From the NCBI GenBank assembly GCA_965207065.1, contig OZ242260.1, forward strand, positions 1,056,001-1,120,000: DNA of 64,000 bases, given 5' to 3'. Shown here one piece after another: positions 1 to 8,573 of this stretch (its first letter is position 1; every line of letters starts with the position of its first letter). Under the pieces are notes generated by a model. The model made no database searches, was not told the origin of the DNA, and saw nothing but the letters and a program-made list of their open reading frames with translations. Both the position numbers and the translations under genes were made by a program. This stretch comes from a bacterium. Its GTDB lineage: Bacteria; UBA8248.

Positions 1-8
1 ATAATCCG

Positions 9-635
9 TTGCTCGACGCGGCCTTGTTCACTTTGTGGGAGAGGCGGAGCGACGATTTCAAACTGGTTTCTATTCGCGCCTTACCGGGTGAGCGGCTGGT
101 TGCCAAAAACGATGTCGTCCCACTTCTTCCTATTTGGATTACGACGAAAAAAGAACCAATCACGACGCTTGCTGAGATCACGGTTGCTCGTCTCGAAGCC
201 TTCCGCCGTACGCATCCGGCGGGAGAAAAAAAGGGTGGCCAAGACGATATTACTTATGCCTCCGCCGACATCCAGGCGGTGCTTCCTCGCCTGTTGTGGA
301 ATGTTATCACGCGTGAGCGGCAGGCGGAGCGGACCAAACTTTGGTTGCCTGCCGCTCTCACTCGGATAAATTCTGTATTAGCCTTTCGTAATGCAAAGGC
401 CCTGACGGTAGCGGCCCCCGATACCGACGCGCAGACCGCCGCCGCACTCGCGGACATGCCCACTAATTTCGCTGCGCAGCTCACGCTCGACATGGTTCTC
501 GAAACCGACGGTGGTGATCGCCTGCTCATCGGCTCTCTGCCCGAGGACGGGGACACCTACGTACTGGCGCACTGCCGCCTGAAAGGCGATATTTGTAAGC
601 TTCGCCGTTTCATATTAATCTCCTTACTCGAATAG
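9..635 (+). CDS. Hypothetical protein, probably 5'-truncated by the window edge
   Basis: 208-aa ORF; frame is open back to the window start; no recognisable motif. Confidence 0.55.
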   Translation: MLDAALFTLWERRSDDFKLVSIRALPGERLVAKNDVVPLLPIWITTKKEPITTLAEITVARLEAFRRTHPAGEKKGGQDDITYASADIQAVLPRLLWNVITRERQAERTKLWLPAALTRINSVLAFRNAKALTVAAPDTDAQTAAALADMPTNFAAQLTLDMVLETDGGDRLLIGSLPEDGDTYVLAHCRLKGDICKLRRFILISLLE

Positions 636-682
636 ACAAGTTTGATATTATTAAACAACTCATAATACTGGAGGGCATACCA

Positions 683-2107
683 ATGACCGACAGAGCAAAT
701 GGTCGCGAATGGGTTGGCTTGGGGATTTACGTGCTAATCGTTGCCATGTTCTTTTTTTGCGCCGCACCTTCGGAAGGCATGAATATGTTCAGACTGTCAA
801 ATAATAATGAAGCAGTCAAGAAAGCTGAGGGTATTGGTTATGCTTACGAGAATTTGCTGAATAAAGCTACCGATGTCTTGGATCTTGGGTTTGAAGCCGT
901 ATTCGACGAAATCGGAAACAAGACTCCGGAATTTTTTGCTGCTTCAGATAAATTATTCAATAACGCTTCGAGGGAGTTCATTGAAGACGTCGAGGAAGGA
1001 CAAAATAAATCCATGTTGGATCGAAAGATTAATGAAATAAAAGAACGCGCAGAAAGCAAGATTAAAGGCGCCATAATGGTTCGCATAGAAGGAACGGCTA
1101 AATTCGTCGGTGATAAACTCAAGCGATTCATAGGCGGAGCTGACGAGACCGAGGTGGATCTGCGTGCTGCGTTAGCGGTAAACCAGAGCGACGATAGCGA
1201 GCGGAAACTATATGAATCGAAGAACGGGATTCTGAACAGTAAGCCGCTTCCCAAGGTAACGCCCTCCTCGCTGGCTTCGGATGTCGCCTATGAGGCGACG
1301 AGCCGGGGCGCCGGGCTGGCGAATGAGAAGGTTTCTACAGGCAACGCAGGTGCGCAGTTAAAGGATTGTTTCTCCATTGTCGAGGCGAGCCAATCGCGGA
1401 AGTCGGCCCTCCAGTTCTGCTGCTTGGGCACTTACGACGACAAAAAAATCAATTCGTTGGGATGGATGTGGAATGAGAGCATCAACATGTTTGTCGATAG
1501 GTCAAAATGCAACCGCGCCAAACTTCGGGAAACCTTTATCGAGAAGCTCAAGAAAGAGGAAGCAGAAAATGCCGCTCGGGAACGTGAACAGATTTTGAAG
1601 GATGAACAGGAGGCGGAGCGGCTCAAAGCCCATGATGAGCATCAGATTCAAGCCGAAAAACTTAGAACAATTACAGATCGGGAGAAAGCGGACTCTACGT
1701 GGCACGCCGAGAAACTCAACGCCATCGGTTACCGGGAGAACCAGGAACGTCAGCTTCAAGCCGAAAAGCTGCGGACGATTCGCGCCCGCGAGAGCGCAAA
1801 TACAGCCAAGCATACTGAACAACTAAACGCTATCCGCGACCTGGAGAACCAAAATGCCAGAATTTATTCAAGGGCGGGTCGTCATAGCTCCTCGAATAAT
1901 AGATCTGGATGCAAGTCCCGGCCTCAAAAGGCACAAGCGGCGCTCGACAATTATTATACCCGAATCCGAAGCGGAAAAATAAATAGCTGCGCGGCGTTTA
2001 ACGCCTTCATGGCTGATTTAGATAGTTCTCTATGTCTTGACGAGCAGATGAAGAGGCAGGTCAGAAGACATGTTGCATCTACTCGAGCAAGTCTTTGTTC
2101 TCGATAG
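683..2107 (+). CDS. Hypothetical exported protein with charged coiled-coil repeats
   Basis: 474 aa; GGAGG RBS; N-terminal hydrophobic segment; 36-aa repeat (QAEKLRTI...ENQ) at 1649 and 1757; Cys clusters. Confidence 0.75.
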   Translation: MTDRANGREWVGLGIYVLIVAMFFFCAAPSEGMNMFRLSNNNEAVKKAEGIGYAYENLLNKATDVLDLGFEAVFDEIGNKTPEFFAASDKLFNNASREFIEDVEEGQNKSMLDRKINEIKERAESKIKGAIMVRIEGTAKFVGDKLKRFIGGADETEVDLRAALAVNQSDDSERKLYESKNGILNSKPLPKVTPSSLASDVAYEATSRGAGLANEKVSTGNAGAQLKDCFSIVEASQSRKSALQFCCLGTYDDKKINSLGWMWNESINMFVDRSKCNRAKLRETFIEKLKKEEAENAAREREQILKDEQEAERLKAHDEHQIQAEKLRTITDREKADSTWHAEKLNAIGYRENQERQLQAEKLRTIRARESANTAKHTEQLNAIRDLENQNARIYSRAGRHSSSNNRSGCKSRPQKAQAALDNYYTRIRSGKINSCAAFNAFMADLDSSLCLDEQMKRQVRRHVASTRASLCSR

Positions 2108-2285
2108 ATAGTTTTTTCGTTTCGCTCAGGCGGAAATGATATGGGGCAGAGATTGGAGGTTTAAACCGTTGCTCTGCAGTTCGTCGCGAATTGTAGTGCG
2201 TTCAATCTATTATCATAAAAGTCATTATGTGATGTAGCGATTCAAGAAATGTCTAAGAGGTGGTTGCTAAATTGGGAGGTGGGAA

Positions 2286-3935
2286 ATGTCGAATAATCCA
2301 GCCAGATTGTTTGTCAGTTTATGCATGCTCCTGCTAACGATAAGTGGTTGTGAAGAGTCCAGCCTGCGAGCGGCTATCGAAAAAGGAGATGAAGCGGCTG
2401 TCGTTTCGGCGCTGAAATCCGGGGCGAACGTGAACGAAAAAGATGAGGAGGGCGAGACCCCTTTGCATTGGGCAGTGAAAAGGAAGAATACAGATGTGAT
2501 CGACGCTTTGCTTCAGGCCGGAGCCGGGGCCGAGACACCCGCCTTGAAGAAAAAAGCGGCATTGATTGCCGCGGGCTGCGAGTCTTGGAACACAGAATTT
2601 TTTCTACGAAATATGACATCAGAAAAAATTGGTGAATGCCTCAAGGCTGGTGCAGACCCGAATGGAAGAGATTCGGGGGGCGATACTGCGCTACACAATG
2701 CAGCCTCGACTTACAACACCGCTGTGATATCCATTTTGCTGAAAGCCGGTGCTGACGTAAACGCGAAGAACAAGAAAGGTGAGACCCCGCTGTATAGGGC
2801 TGTCGATAGGGATAATCCCGCCTTGATCACCGCTTTGCTGAAGGCCGGGGCTGGAACGCCCGCTCTGAGGAAAAAGGCTACGTTTATAGCCGCTGGCTGC
2901 GCGGCCTGGAACACATTAGATTTCATGCGAAGCGCGACGTCTGAAAAGATATCGAAATGTTTAAAAATCGGCGCGGACCCGAATGCGCGGGACAAATCCG
3001 GAAATACCACCCTAACCAATGCAGTGCTCGGCAAGAACCCCGCTGTGATAACCGCTTTGCTCAAAGCCGGTGCTGACGTGAGCGCGAAAGACAAAAACGG
3101 CAAGACGGCCTTGCAGTGGGCGGTCACGAAACAGTATGCAGCTGTAATCGACGTTTTGCTGAAGGCCGGAGCCGGAACATCAGTTCTCAGGAATAAAGCA
3201 AAGCTGGTCGCCGCGGGCTGCGTGGCCTGGAACACGATGAAGTTCATGCAAATCGCAACACTAGAAATGATGGCCGATTGCTTCAAGGCCGGCGCGAATC
3301 CGAATGCGCGGGACAAGGAGGGGAGTACACTCCTTTATCGGGTGGTAAGAAAGGGATATGGATCGGCAGTCGTCGCGTTGCTGAAAGCCGGCGCGGACCC
3401 GAACGCGCGCGAACTTGATGGTTACGCTCCTCTGCACCGCGCGGCCGAGAAAGGCGATGAAGAGATAGTCATCGCATTGCTGAAAGCCGGTGCGGACCCG
3501 AATGCGCGGGACATTGTAGACGGCAATACCCCTTTGCATATGGTCAAGAAAAGCGATCGAAGGGTGCTCGTCGCTTTGTTGAAAGCCGGGGCGAACCCGA
3601 ACGCCCGGAATGGAGAAGGATTCACATTTCGTCGTACAAGCCTGAAAAGGCAACAGGCAGCCGAAGCCACTACAAGAAAGGCTGCGCTGAAAAAAGAGCA
3701 AGATAAACGTGAAGCGGAAGCCGCTGAGCGAAGGGCCGCACAGGAAGAAGAACGACGAAGGCGCGAAGCCGAAGCCGCAGCAAGAAGGGCCGCGCAGGAA
3801 GAAGAACAGCAAAGGCGCGAAACCGAAGCTGAGCGGCGAAGGGCCACGCAAGAGCGTGAACGTATAGAGAGGCAAAATTTAAGGCTATTTCAACAATTCC
3901 AACAACAACTTCAGCAACTGCAACAGATGCGATAG
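2286..3935 (+). CDS. Ankyrin-repeat lipoprotein with C-terminal coiled coil
   Basis: Many G-x-TPLH...LLKAGAD-x-N ankyrin motifs; lipobox-like LTISGC; E/R/A/Q-rich tail; GGGAGG RBS. Confidence 0.92.
   Translation: MSNNPARLFVSLCMLLLTISGCEESSLRAAIEKGDEAAVVSALKSGANVNEKDEEGETPLHWAVKRKNTDVIDALLQAGAGAETPALKKKAALIAAGCESWNTEFFLRNMTSEKIGECLKAGADPNGRDSGGDTALHNAASTYNTAVISILLKAGADVNAKNKKGETPLYRAVDRDNPALITALLKAGAGTPALRKKATFIAAGCAAWNTLDFMRSATSEKISKCLKIGADPNARDKSGNTTLTNAVLGKNPAVITALLKAGADVSAKDKNGKTALQWAVTKQYAAVIDVLLKAGAGTSVLRNKAKLVAAGCVAWNTMKFMQIATLEMMADCFKAGANPNARDKEGSTLLYRVVRKGYGSAVVALLKAGADPNARELDGYAPLHRAAEKGDEEIVIALLKAGADPNARDIVDGNTPLHMVKKSDRRVLVALLKAGANPNARNGEGFTFRRTSLKRQQAAEATTRKAALKKEQDKREAEAAERRAAQEEERRRREAEAAARRAAQEEEQQRRETEAERRRATQERERIERQNLRLFQQFQQQLQQLQQMR
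3711..3853 (+). repeat. 54-bp (18-aa) intragenic tandem repeat, about 2.6 copies
   Basis: GAAGCGGAAGCCGCTGAGCGAAGGGCC-like units start at 3711, 3765 and 3819. Confidence 0.85.
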
Positions 3936-3960
3936 CGATAATGCTGCCGCAATGACGACC

Positions 3961-4367
3961 GCAGGGGCGGTTCGTAAGCCGCCGCGAACCGGGCGCCCGC
4001 CCCTCCCTCGATACGGCACACGGGCGGACACCTTCGGTATTCCCCTTCTCGGGGATACCGACACCCCTACGAAAAACCATAAATCGAACAAACGGAAACA
4101 ACTCTGGTCGGCCTTCCGACCGCCACTAACATGGGCCGGAGTGACGGCGTAAAAAACCCGTGGGCGGAGAAGGCCGGACAACCACGGGGGGTTGTCCCTA
4201 CGCAAATCCAACGAACGCGAACATGAAAGACACTGGATTCCGGCAATCCCTCTTTCTTCGCCCAAGTCAAACACTCATTCATCAATCGTGTTTCACCCCC
4301 CACCGATTCAGCCTTCGCAAAATCCGCTCGGCTTCGACCCGTAGGGGACGCATACATGCGTCCCTGC
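3961..4367. repeat. Cluster of GTAG/CTAC-type REP-like hairpins
   Basis: GGACAACC-N6-GGTTGTCC-CTAC at 4176-4201; GTAGGGGACGCATACATGCGTCCC from 4341 (identical copy at 26496); degenerate copies near 3961 and 4034-4070. Confidence 0.7.
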
Positions 4368-4401
4368 CTTTTTCGCCGCCCGGTCATGGGCCGCATTTAT
4401 A

Positions 4402-4549
4402 GGGTTGTTGAAAAAGACCCCTTTTAGGGGGCAAAGGCGACGCCCCTCTCGACTGGAAAAGCAACCCCCCCTACCCCCCCTTGTCAGGGGGGTAAAAAAA
4501 ACCTCCCGGCATGAGGGGCAAGAAATTGACGAGTCTTTTTCAACAGCCC
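4402..4549. mobile_element. MITE-like element with 17-bp terminal inverted repeats
   Basis: GGGTTGTTGAAAAAGAC ... GTCTTTTTCAACAGCCC (1 mismatch); internal CAACCCCCCCTACCCCCCCTTGTCAGGGGGG also at 20715 and 48756. Confidence 0.75.
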
Positions 4550-4642
4550 ACCAAGCCCCTCATCGGTCGCGTCAATCACTCCTTTATCAGTCGTGATTAA
4601 TCTCAAAGGGGGAGCGGTTCCTGACTCATCGGGCGGGCGGTT

Positions 4643-4673
4643 TTGACACGCTCAGGCTCGGATATGGTATGAT
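4643..4673 (+). promoter_or_regulatory. Sigma70-like promoter of cupin gene
   Basis: TTGACA-N19-TATGAT with TG extended -10. Confidence 0.45.
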
Positions 4674-4730
4674 TCGCGGGATCGGTTCATAAGGCATGCA
4701 GCTGAATCAAACCAGGGGAGGCGTGACGCC

Positions 4731-5084
4731 ATGAAGGTGATGAACTACAAGGATGCGGAACTGAAATCGGAGAAGGCGGCGAAGGGCGCGGGCATCCGCT
4801 GGCTGCTCAGCGAGCGCGACGGCGAGACCGATATGGCGATGCGGGTCATCGAGATTGAGGCGGGCGGGCAGACGCCGGACCACGCACACTCCTGGGAGCA
4901 CCAGGTGTTCATGCTGAAGGGCGAGGGGCGGGTAATCGTCGAGGGCGAGACGCGGGCCATCGCGCCGGGCTCGGCCATATTCGTGGCGCCGGACGAGAAC
5001 CACACCTTCCACAACGATTCGGACGAGACCATGGAGTTCGTCTGCATGATTCCCGTGAGCGCCACCCAGGCGTATGAGCACTAG
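4731..5084 (+). CDS. Cupin domain protein
   Basis: TPDHAHSWEHQ and PDENHTFHN cupin motifs; GGAGG RBS. Confidence 0.9.
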   Translation: MKVMNYKDAELKSEKAAKGAGIRWLLSERDGETDMAMRVIEIEAGGQTPDHAHSWEHQVFMLKGEGRVIVEGETRAIAPGSAIFVAPDENHTFHNDSDETMEFVCMIPVSATQAYEH

Positions 5085-5108
5085 GCGGGGAACCGGCGCT
5101 CCCCCGCC
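5084..5108 (+). terminator. GC hairpin after cupin gene
   Basis: GGCGGGG...CCCCGCC stem; no U tract. Confidence 0.35.
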
Positions 5109-5110
5109 CA

Positions 5111-5182
5111 CTGAATTTCCGTAAATATCGATAAATTTGGATAAAATCCGGTAAATTAACGGGGTATTTCCGTAAATTTCTG
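5111..5182 (+). repeat. 10-bp-period RTAAAT array, inverted partner of 18343-18405
   Basis: GTAAATATCG ATAAATTTGG ATAAAATCCG GTAAATTAAC GGGGTATTTC CGTAAATTTC. Confidence 0.75.
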
Positions 5183-5336
5183 CGGGGAATTGCGGGGATT
5201 CGTGCGGGCGAAAATCTCTCGCCAAAGACACGCCGCGAGGATACCACGGCTCCCCAAGCGTTCGCGCAGCGGCAAATGCGGGGAACTGCGGGGGGTGGAA
5301 CCACGGACGGGCGTTCGTCCCGGACTTCCGAATACG

Positions 5337-5383
5337 CCACAATATCTAGCCTGATTCCAGAATCTTCACACTATATATGTGCG
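5337..5383. promoter_or_regulatory. Possible tandem NrdR-box-like operators
   Basis: CCACAATATCTAGCCT and ACACTATATATGTGCG, 31 bp apart; second box imperfect. Confidence 0.35.
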
Positions 5384-5566
5384 AAATGATTCTCTCAGCA
5401 AGAAAATCCGCCGAAAAATCAATTTCTATATCCATAACTTACATAATATCAATATGTTATAATTAATTATGCAAGAATCGCTTTAAGCATGGCGTGAGTT
5501 GATTATTTTATAATGTTCATAAAACATTCAAAATCAATAAGATATGTCGACTAGTGAAAATATTAC

Positions 5567-5596
5567 TTGAAATATATTCCGGGCCCTTGGTATATT
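5567..5596 (+). promoter_or_regulatory. Sigma70-like promoter of GAF-mreB operon
   Basis: TTGAAA-N18-TATATT with TG extension, downstream of an AT-rich tract. Confidence 0.4.
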
Positions 5597-5632
5597 CGGC
5601 AGCGTTCCAATCCGTCCCGTAGGGTGCTTGAA

Positions 5633-7093
5633 ATGACGAATCTGGAAAGAGACCTTTTCTCACTCATCACGCTCGTCAGCAACGTAACGGAAGCGTACTC
5701 CGCCTGCTTATTCCTTGAAAACAAACGCCGTAAGACGTATCAGCTCACCACATACCACAGCTTGAGCCCGTACATTCTCGCGGATGCCTCGGTCGAAATG
5801 GGCCAGGGCTTCATGGGCTGGGTTCTGGAGAATAACGAGCCTTTGAGCGTTAACCAGTTCGACAAGGACACCCTGGTTCTCGGCTATTACAGCAGAAACG
5901 AGGATATCAAGTCCTTCATGGCGACCCCCCTGCCCTCCTCGATCAACAAAGGGGCGCTCGCCATCGACAGTAAGAAAAGCTGGTGCTTCACGTCCAGAGA
6001 CCAGAAAATACTTGCGGGGTTCGCCCAGCAATTCGCCTATCTTGCAGACGGTGCCATGACGAGCGTTCAAATGGAGCGTCGCTCCATGAACATTCTCGCA
6101 TTCAGCAAGTACCTGAATTCGCTTCGCGTAAGCGAGAACGAAGGTCAGTTGTTGAATGCGGTATGCCAGGTACCACGCGAGTTGCTTCCCTTCGACGCCT
6201 GCTTCCTCGTCCTCATCGACGAGGAAGCAGGCTTCCCCCGCCTCGTGCGAACCTCCGGGTTTGGAGAACTATTTCTGGGCGAAGTCGCCATTAGCGAACG
6301 AGCAAGTCTGGCCGGATACGTTTTAAGCAAAAAAGAAAGCTTAAGACTCCCGGACCTGAATGGAAAAAAAGGAACCAGATCCCTCTTCCATCATGATGAA
6401 CCTCAGCTTGAAGCACGTTCCGCCGTGTGTCTTCCTCTTATCTCAAGAGGTGAAATTCTCGGTTGTCTAGGGTTCACAAGTAAACGCCGAGCCCAATTCG
6501 ACGCTTCTTCAATCCAACGCGGAGAAATTATTGCAGCGCTTGTGGCGGATGCCATCGCAAACCGGAAAAACGAGTTGCGCTGGCAAGCACGATTAGAAAT
6601 CGACCCCCTTACAGGTGAGCAGAATGTGCAATTTCTACATTCTCGCCTTCATGAAATTATCTGCGATGCGGAAATGAAGGGGCGTCAGCTTGCGTTGCTC
6701 AGTATCGCTCCCGACACTTCATTGGAAATTAAGGATACATCTGAGGAAGAAGTTATTCTCCAGCTTTCAAATTCACTTAAACCATTCGCTGCCGGAAACG
6801 ATATTCTGGTGCGGCATGAGGGACCTCGTTTCCTCTTGTTATTGCATGACTCCTCCCAAGAATATGCGGAGGCTGTAGCAGAACGGATCATGCATATCGT
6901 TAATCACACTCCCTTCTATCTTGGTGGAAAAGAGTTCGAAATCACAATTTCAATAGGCGCCGCATGTTTCCCTGAGACTGCGCAAAATTCAAATAGCCTA
7001 ATCAAGTCATCTCTTGCAGCATTGGGTTTCGCTCAAAAAGGGGGCGCTGGAAATCAACTTTGTTTTATGGGGGGAGATAGATCATGGAATTAA
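5633..7093 (+). CDS. GAF-GAF-degenerate GGDEF protein
   Basis: Two GAF-like segments (GQGFMGWV..., SAVCLPL..GCLGF); DPLTG and ITISIGAACFP of GGDEF fold, but active site reads RHEGPRF; start taken at ATG 5633. Confidence 0.85.
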   Translation: MTNLERDLFSLITLVSNVTEAYSACLFLENKRRKTYQLTTYHSLSPYILADASVEMGQGFMGWVLENNEPLSVNQFDKDTLVLGYYSRNEDIKSFMATPLPSSINKGALAIDSKKSWCFTSRDQKILAGFAQQFAYLADGAMTSVQMERRSMNILAFSKYLNSLRVSENEGQLLNAVCQVPRELLPFDACFLVLIDEEAGFPRLVRTSGFGELFLGEVAISERASLAGYVLSKKESLRLPDLNGKKGTRSLFHHDEPQLEARSAVCLPLISRGEILGCLGFTSKRRAQFDASSIQRGEIIAALVADAIANRKNELRWQARLEIDPLTGEQNVQFLHSRLHEIICDAEMKGRQLALLSIAPDTSLEIKDTSEEEVILQLSNSLKPFAAGNDILVRHEGPRFLLLLHDSSQEYAEAVAERIMHIVNHTPFYLGGKEFEITISIGAACFPETAQNSNSLIKSSLAALGFAQKGGAGNQLCFMGGDRSWN

Positions 7094-8124
7094 ATTTTTT
7101 CAAGCGCCTCAGATCCTGGATGGGGCCAAATATCGCGATGGATCTAGGCACAGCGAACACCCTAGTTTACACAAAAAATGCCGGAATTGTGCTCGATGAA
7201 CCCTCTGTTGTCGCCTTGAACTCGAAAAATGGAGGAGCCATTCTCGCAGTAGGCAAAAAAGCCAAGGAGATGTACGGCCGGACTCCCCCAGATTCAATTC
7301 GGACAATTCGCCCCATGAAAGATGGGGTAATCGCAGATTTTGATGTAACCAAAGCCATGATACGTCATTTTGTTGGTGCAATCGTGCCCAAACGGTCTTT
7401 CAGCCGACCCACAATGATGGTCTGCGTCCCCTCAGGGATCACCAGTGTGGAAATGAAAGCCGTGATTGATTCCGCCACTCAATGTGGAGCCGGCAAAGTC
7501 CATCTAATCGAAGAACCCATGGCGGCGGCCATTGGAAGCAAACTGCCTATTCACGAAATCGCTGGCTCTATGATTGTTGACATCGGGGGAGGAACAACAG
7601 AAATGGCCGTTATCTCCCAATACGCCGTTGCATACTCAGAATCTCTACGTATGGCGGGAGATGCGATGGACGAATGCATACAACGCCACATTAAAAGACA
7701 CCACGGTTTATCGATCGGATCATTCGAGGCTGAACGCGTCAAGATGGAGATTGGAACAGCAGCTCCTCTTTCTGAGCCACTTGAAATGGAAATTTCCGGC
7801 GCAGATGTTTCCACCGGAATGCCCCGCACCATCATGATATCCGATGAGTCGGTGCGCGAGGCTCTCGACGGTCCCGTGAAGGCCATTGTTGAATCCATTC
7901 GAAAAGCACTGGCCAAGACAAGCCCTGAGCTTGCTTCAGACATTTACCGACGAGGAATCGTTTTGGCTGGTGGCGGTTCACTCTTGAAGGGGCTTGGGAC
8001 CAGGCTTCATGATGAGACAGGTCTCCCTATATATAGAGTAAAAGACCCGCTAACCACCGTCGTCCGTGGAACTGGACACGTACTGGACCACTTAAAAGAC
8101 TTCAAGCAAGTCTGTCTAAACTGA
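7084..8124 (+). CDS. mreB: Rod shape-determining actin-like protein MreB
   Basis: DLGTANT, EPSVVA, RPMKDGVIADF, EEPMAAAIG, DIGGGTTE and LAGGGSLL motifs. Confidence 0.95.
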   Translation: MELNFFKRLRSWMGPNIAMDLGTANTLVYTKNAGIVLDEPSVVALNSKNGGAILAVGKKAKEMYGRTPPDSIRTIRPMKDGVIADFDVTKAMIRHFVGAIVPKRSFSRPTMMVCVPSGITSVEMKAVIDSATQCGAGKVHLIEEPMAAAIGSKLPIHEIAGSMIVDIGGGTTEMAVISQYAVAYSESLRMAGDAMDECIQRHIKRHHGLSIGSFEAERVKMEIGTAAPLSEPLEMEISGADVSTGMPRTIMISDESVREALDGPVKAIVESIRKALAKTSPELASDIYRRGIVLAGGGSLLKGLGTRLHDETGLPIYRVKDPLTTVVRGTGHVLDHLKDFKQVCLN

Positions 8125-8147
8125 TCTTCAAGAGCACCACCCCCCCT

Positions 8148-8196
8148 ACCGGGAGCCCGGCCCCATGCGCAATACCGGGCTCCCGGTCCCTTCTTT
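8148..8196 (+). terminator. Intrinsic terminator after mreB
   Basis: 13-bp stem ACCGGGAGCCCGG/CCGGGCTCCCGGT followed by CCCTTCTTT. Confidence 0.65.
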
Positions 8197-8300
8197 ATAG
8201 AATAACTGTACAGAGATTTTACTGGCTAAAATAATCCGGTAGAATTAAAAGACATTTATCATTAGTCTTTCCAAATCCTTTAATTAAACGGGAAAATAAA

Positions 8301-8573
8301 ATGGCGTTCTCACAACAAGGCGATTCATTTTCATTTGAGACATCCATAGATGAAATGAAACTCGTTTACAGGATACTGCATCGCCACATCGGAGAACACC
8401 TTGAGCTTATGGATAGTGAGTTTATGGATGAATTGCAATTCGCGCTACAAAAAAAAGCTCAAAAAGAAGGAGTGGACATTGGTCATCACGGCGCATGGGA
8501 CTTATGGCTGGGCAATGATTCGACAACCCCATGTGAGGAGCGTGTAAAAAAACGAAAAACATTCGATAGTTAA
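8301..8573 (+). CDS. Hypothetical protein
   Basis: 90-aa ORF with protein-like composition in an otherwise empty interval. Confidence 0.7.
   Translation: MAFSQQGDSFSFETSIDEMKLVYRILHRHIGEHLELMDSEFMDELQFALQKKAQKEGVDIGHHGAWDLWLGNDSTTPCEERVKKRKTFDS

Noticed and set aside
5436-5463. dif-like site AACTTACATAA-TATCAA-TATGTTATAAT
   Set aside because: Arm spacing is one base off the 11-6-11 Xer pattern, and the surrounding sequence is AT-rich enough for chance similarity
5111-5560. Replication origin
   Set aside because: AT-rich, but no perfect DnaA boxes and no dnaA, dnaN or gidA nearby
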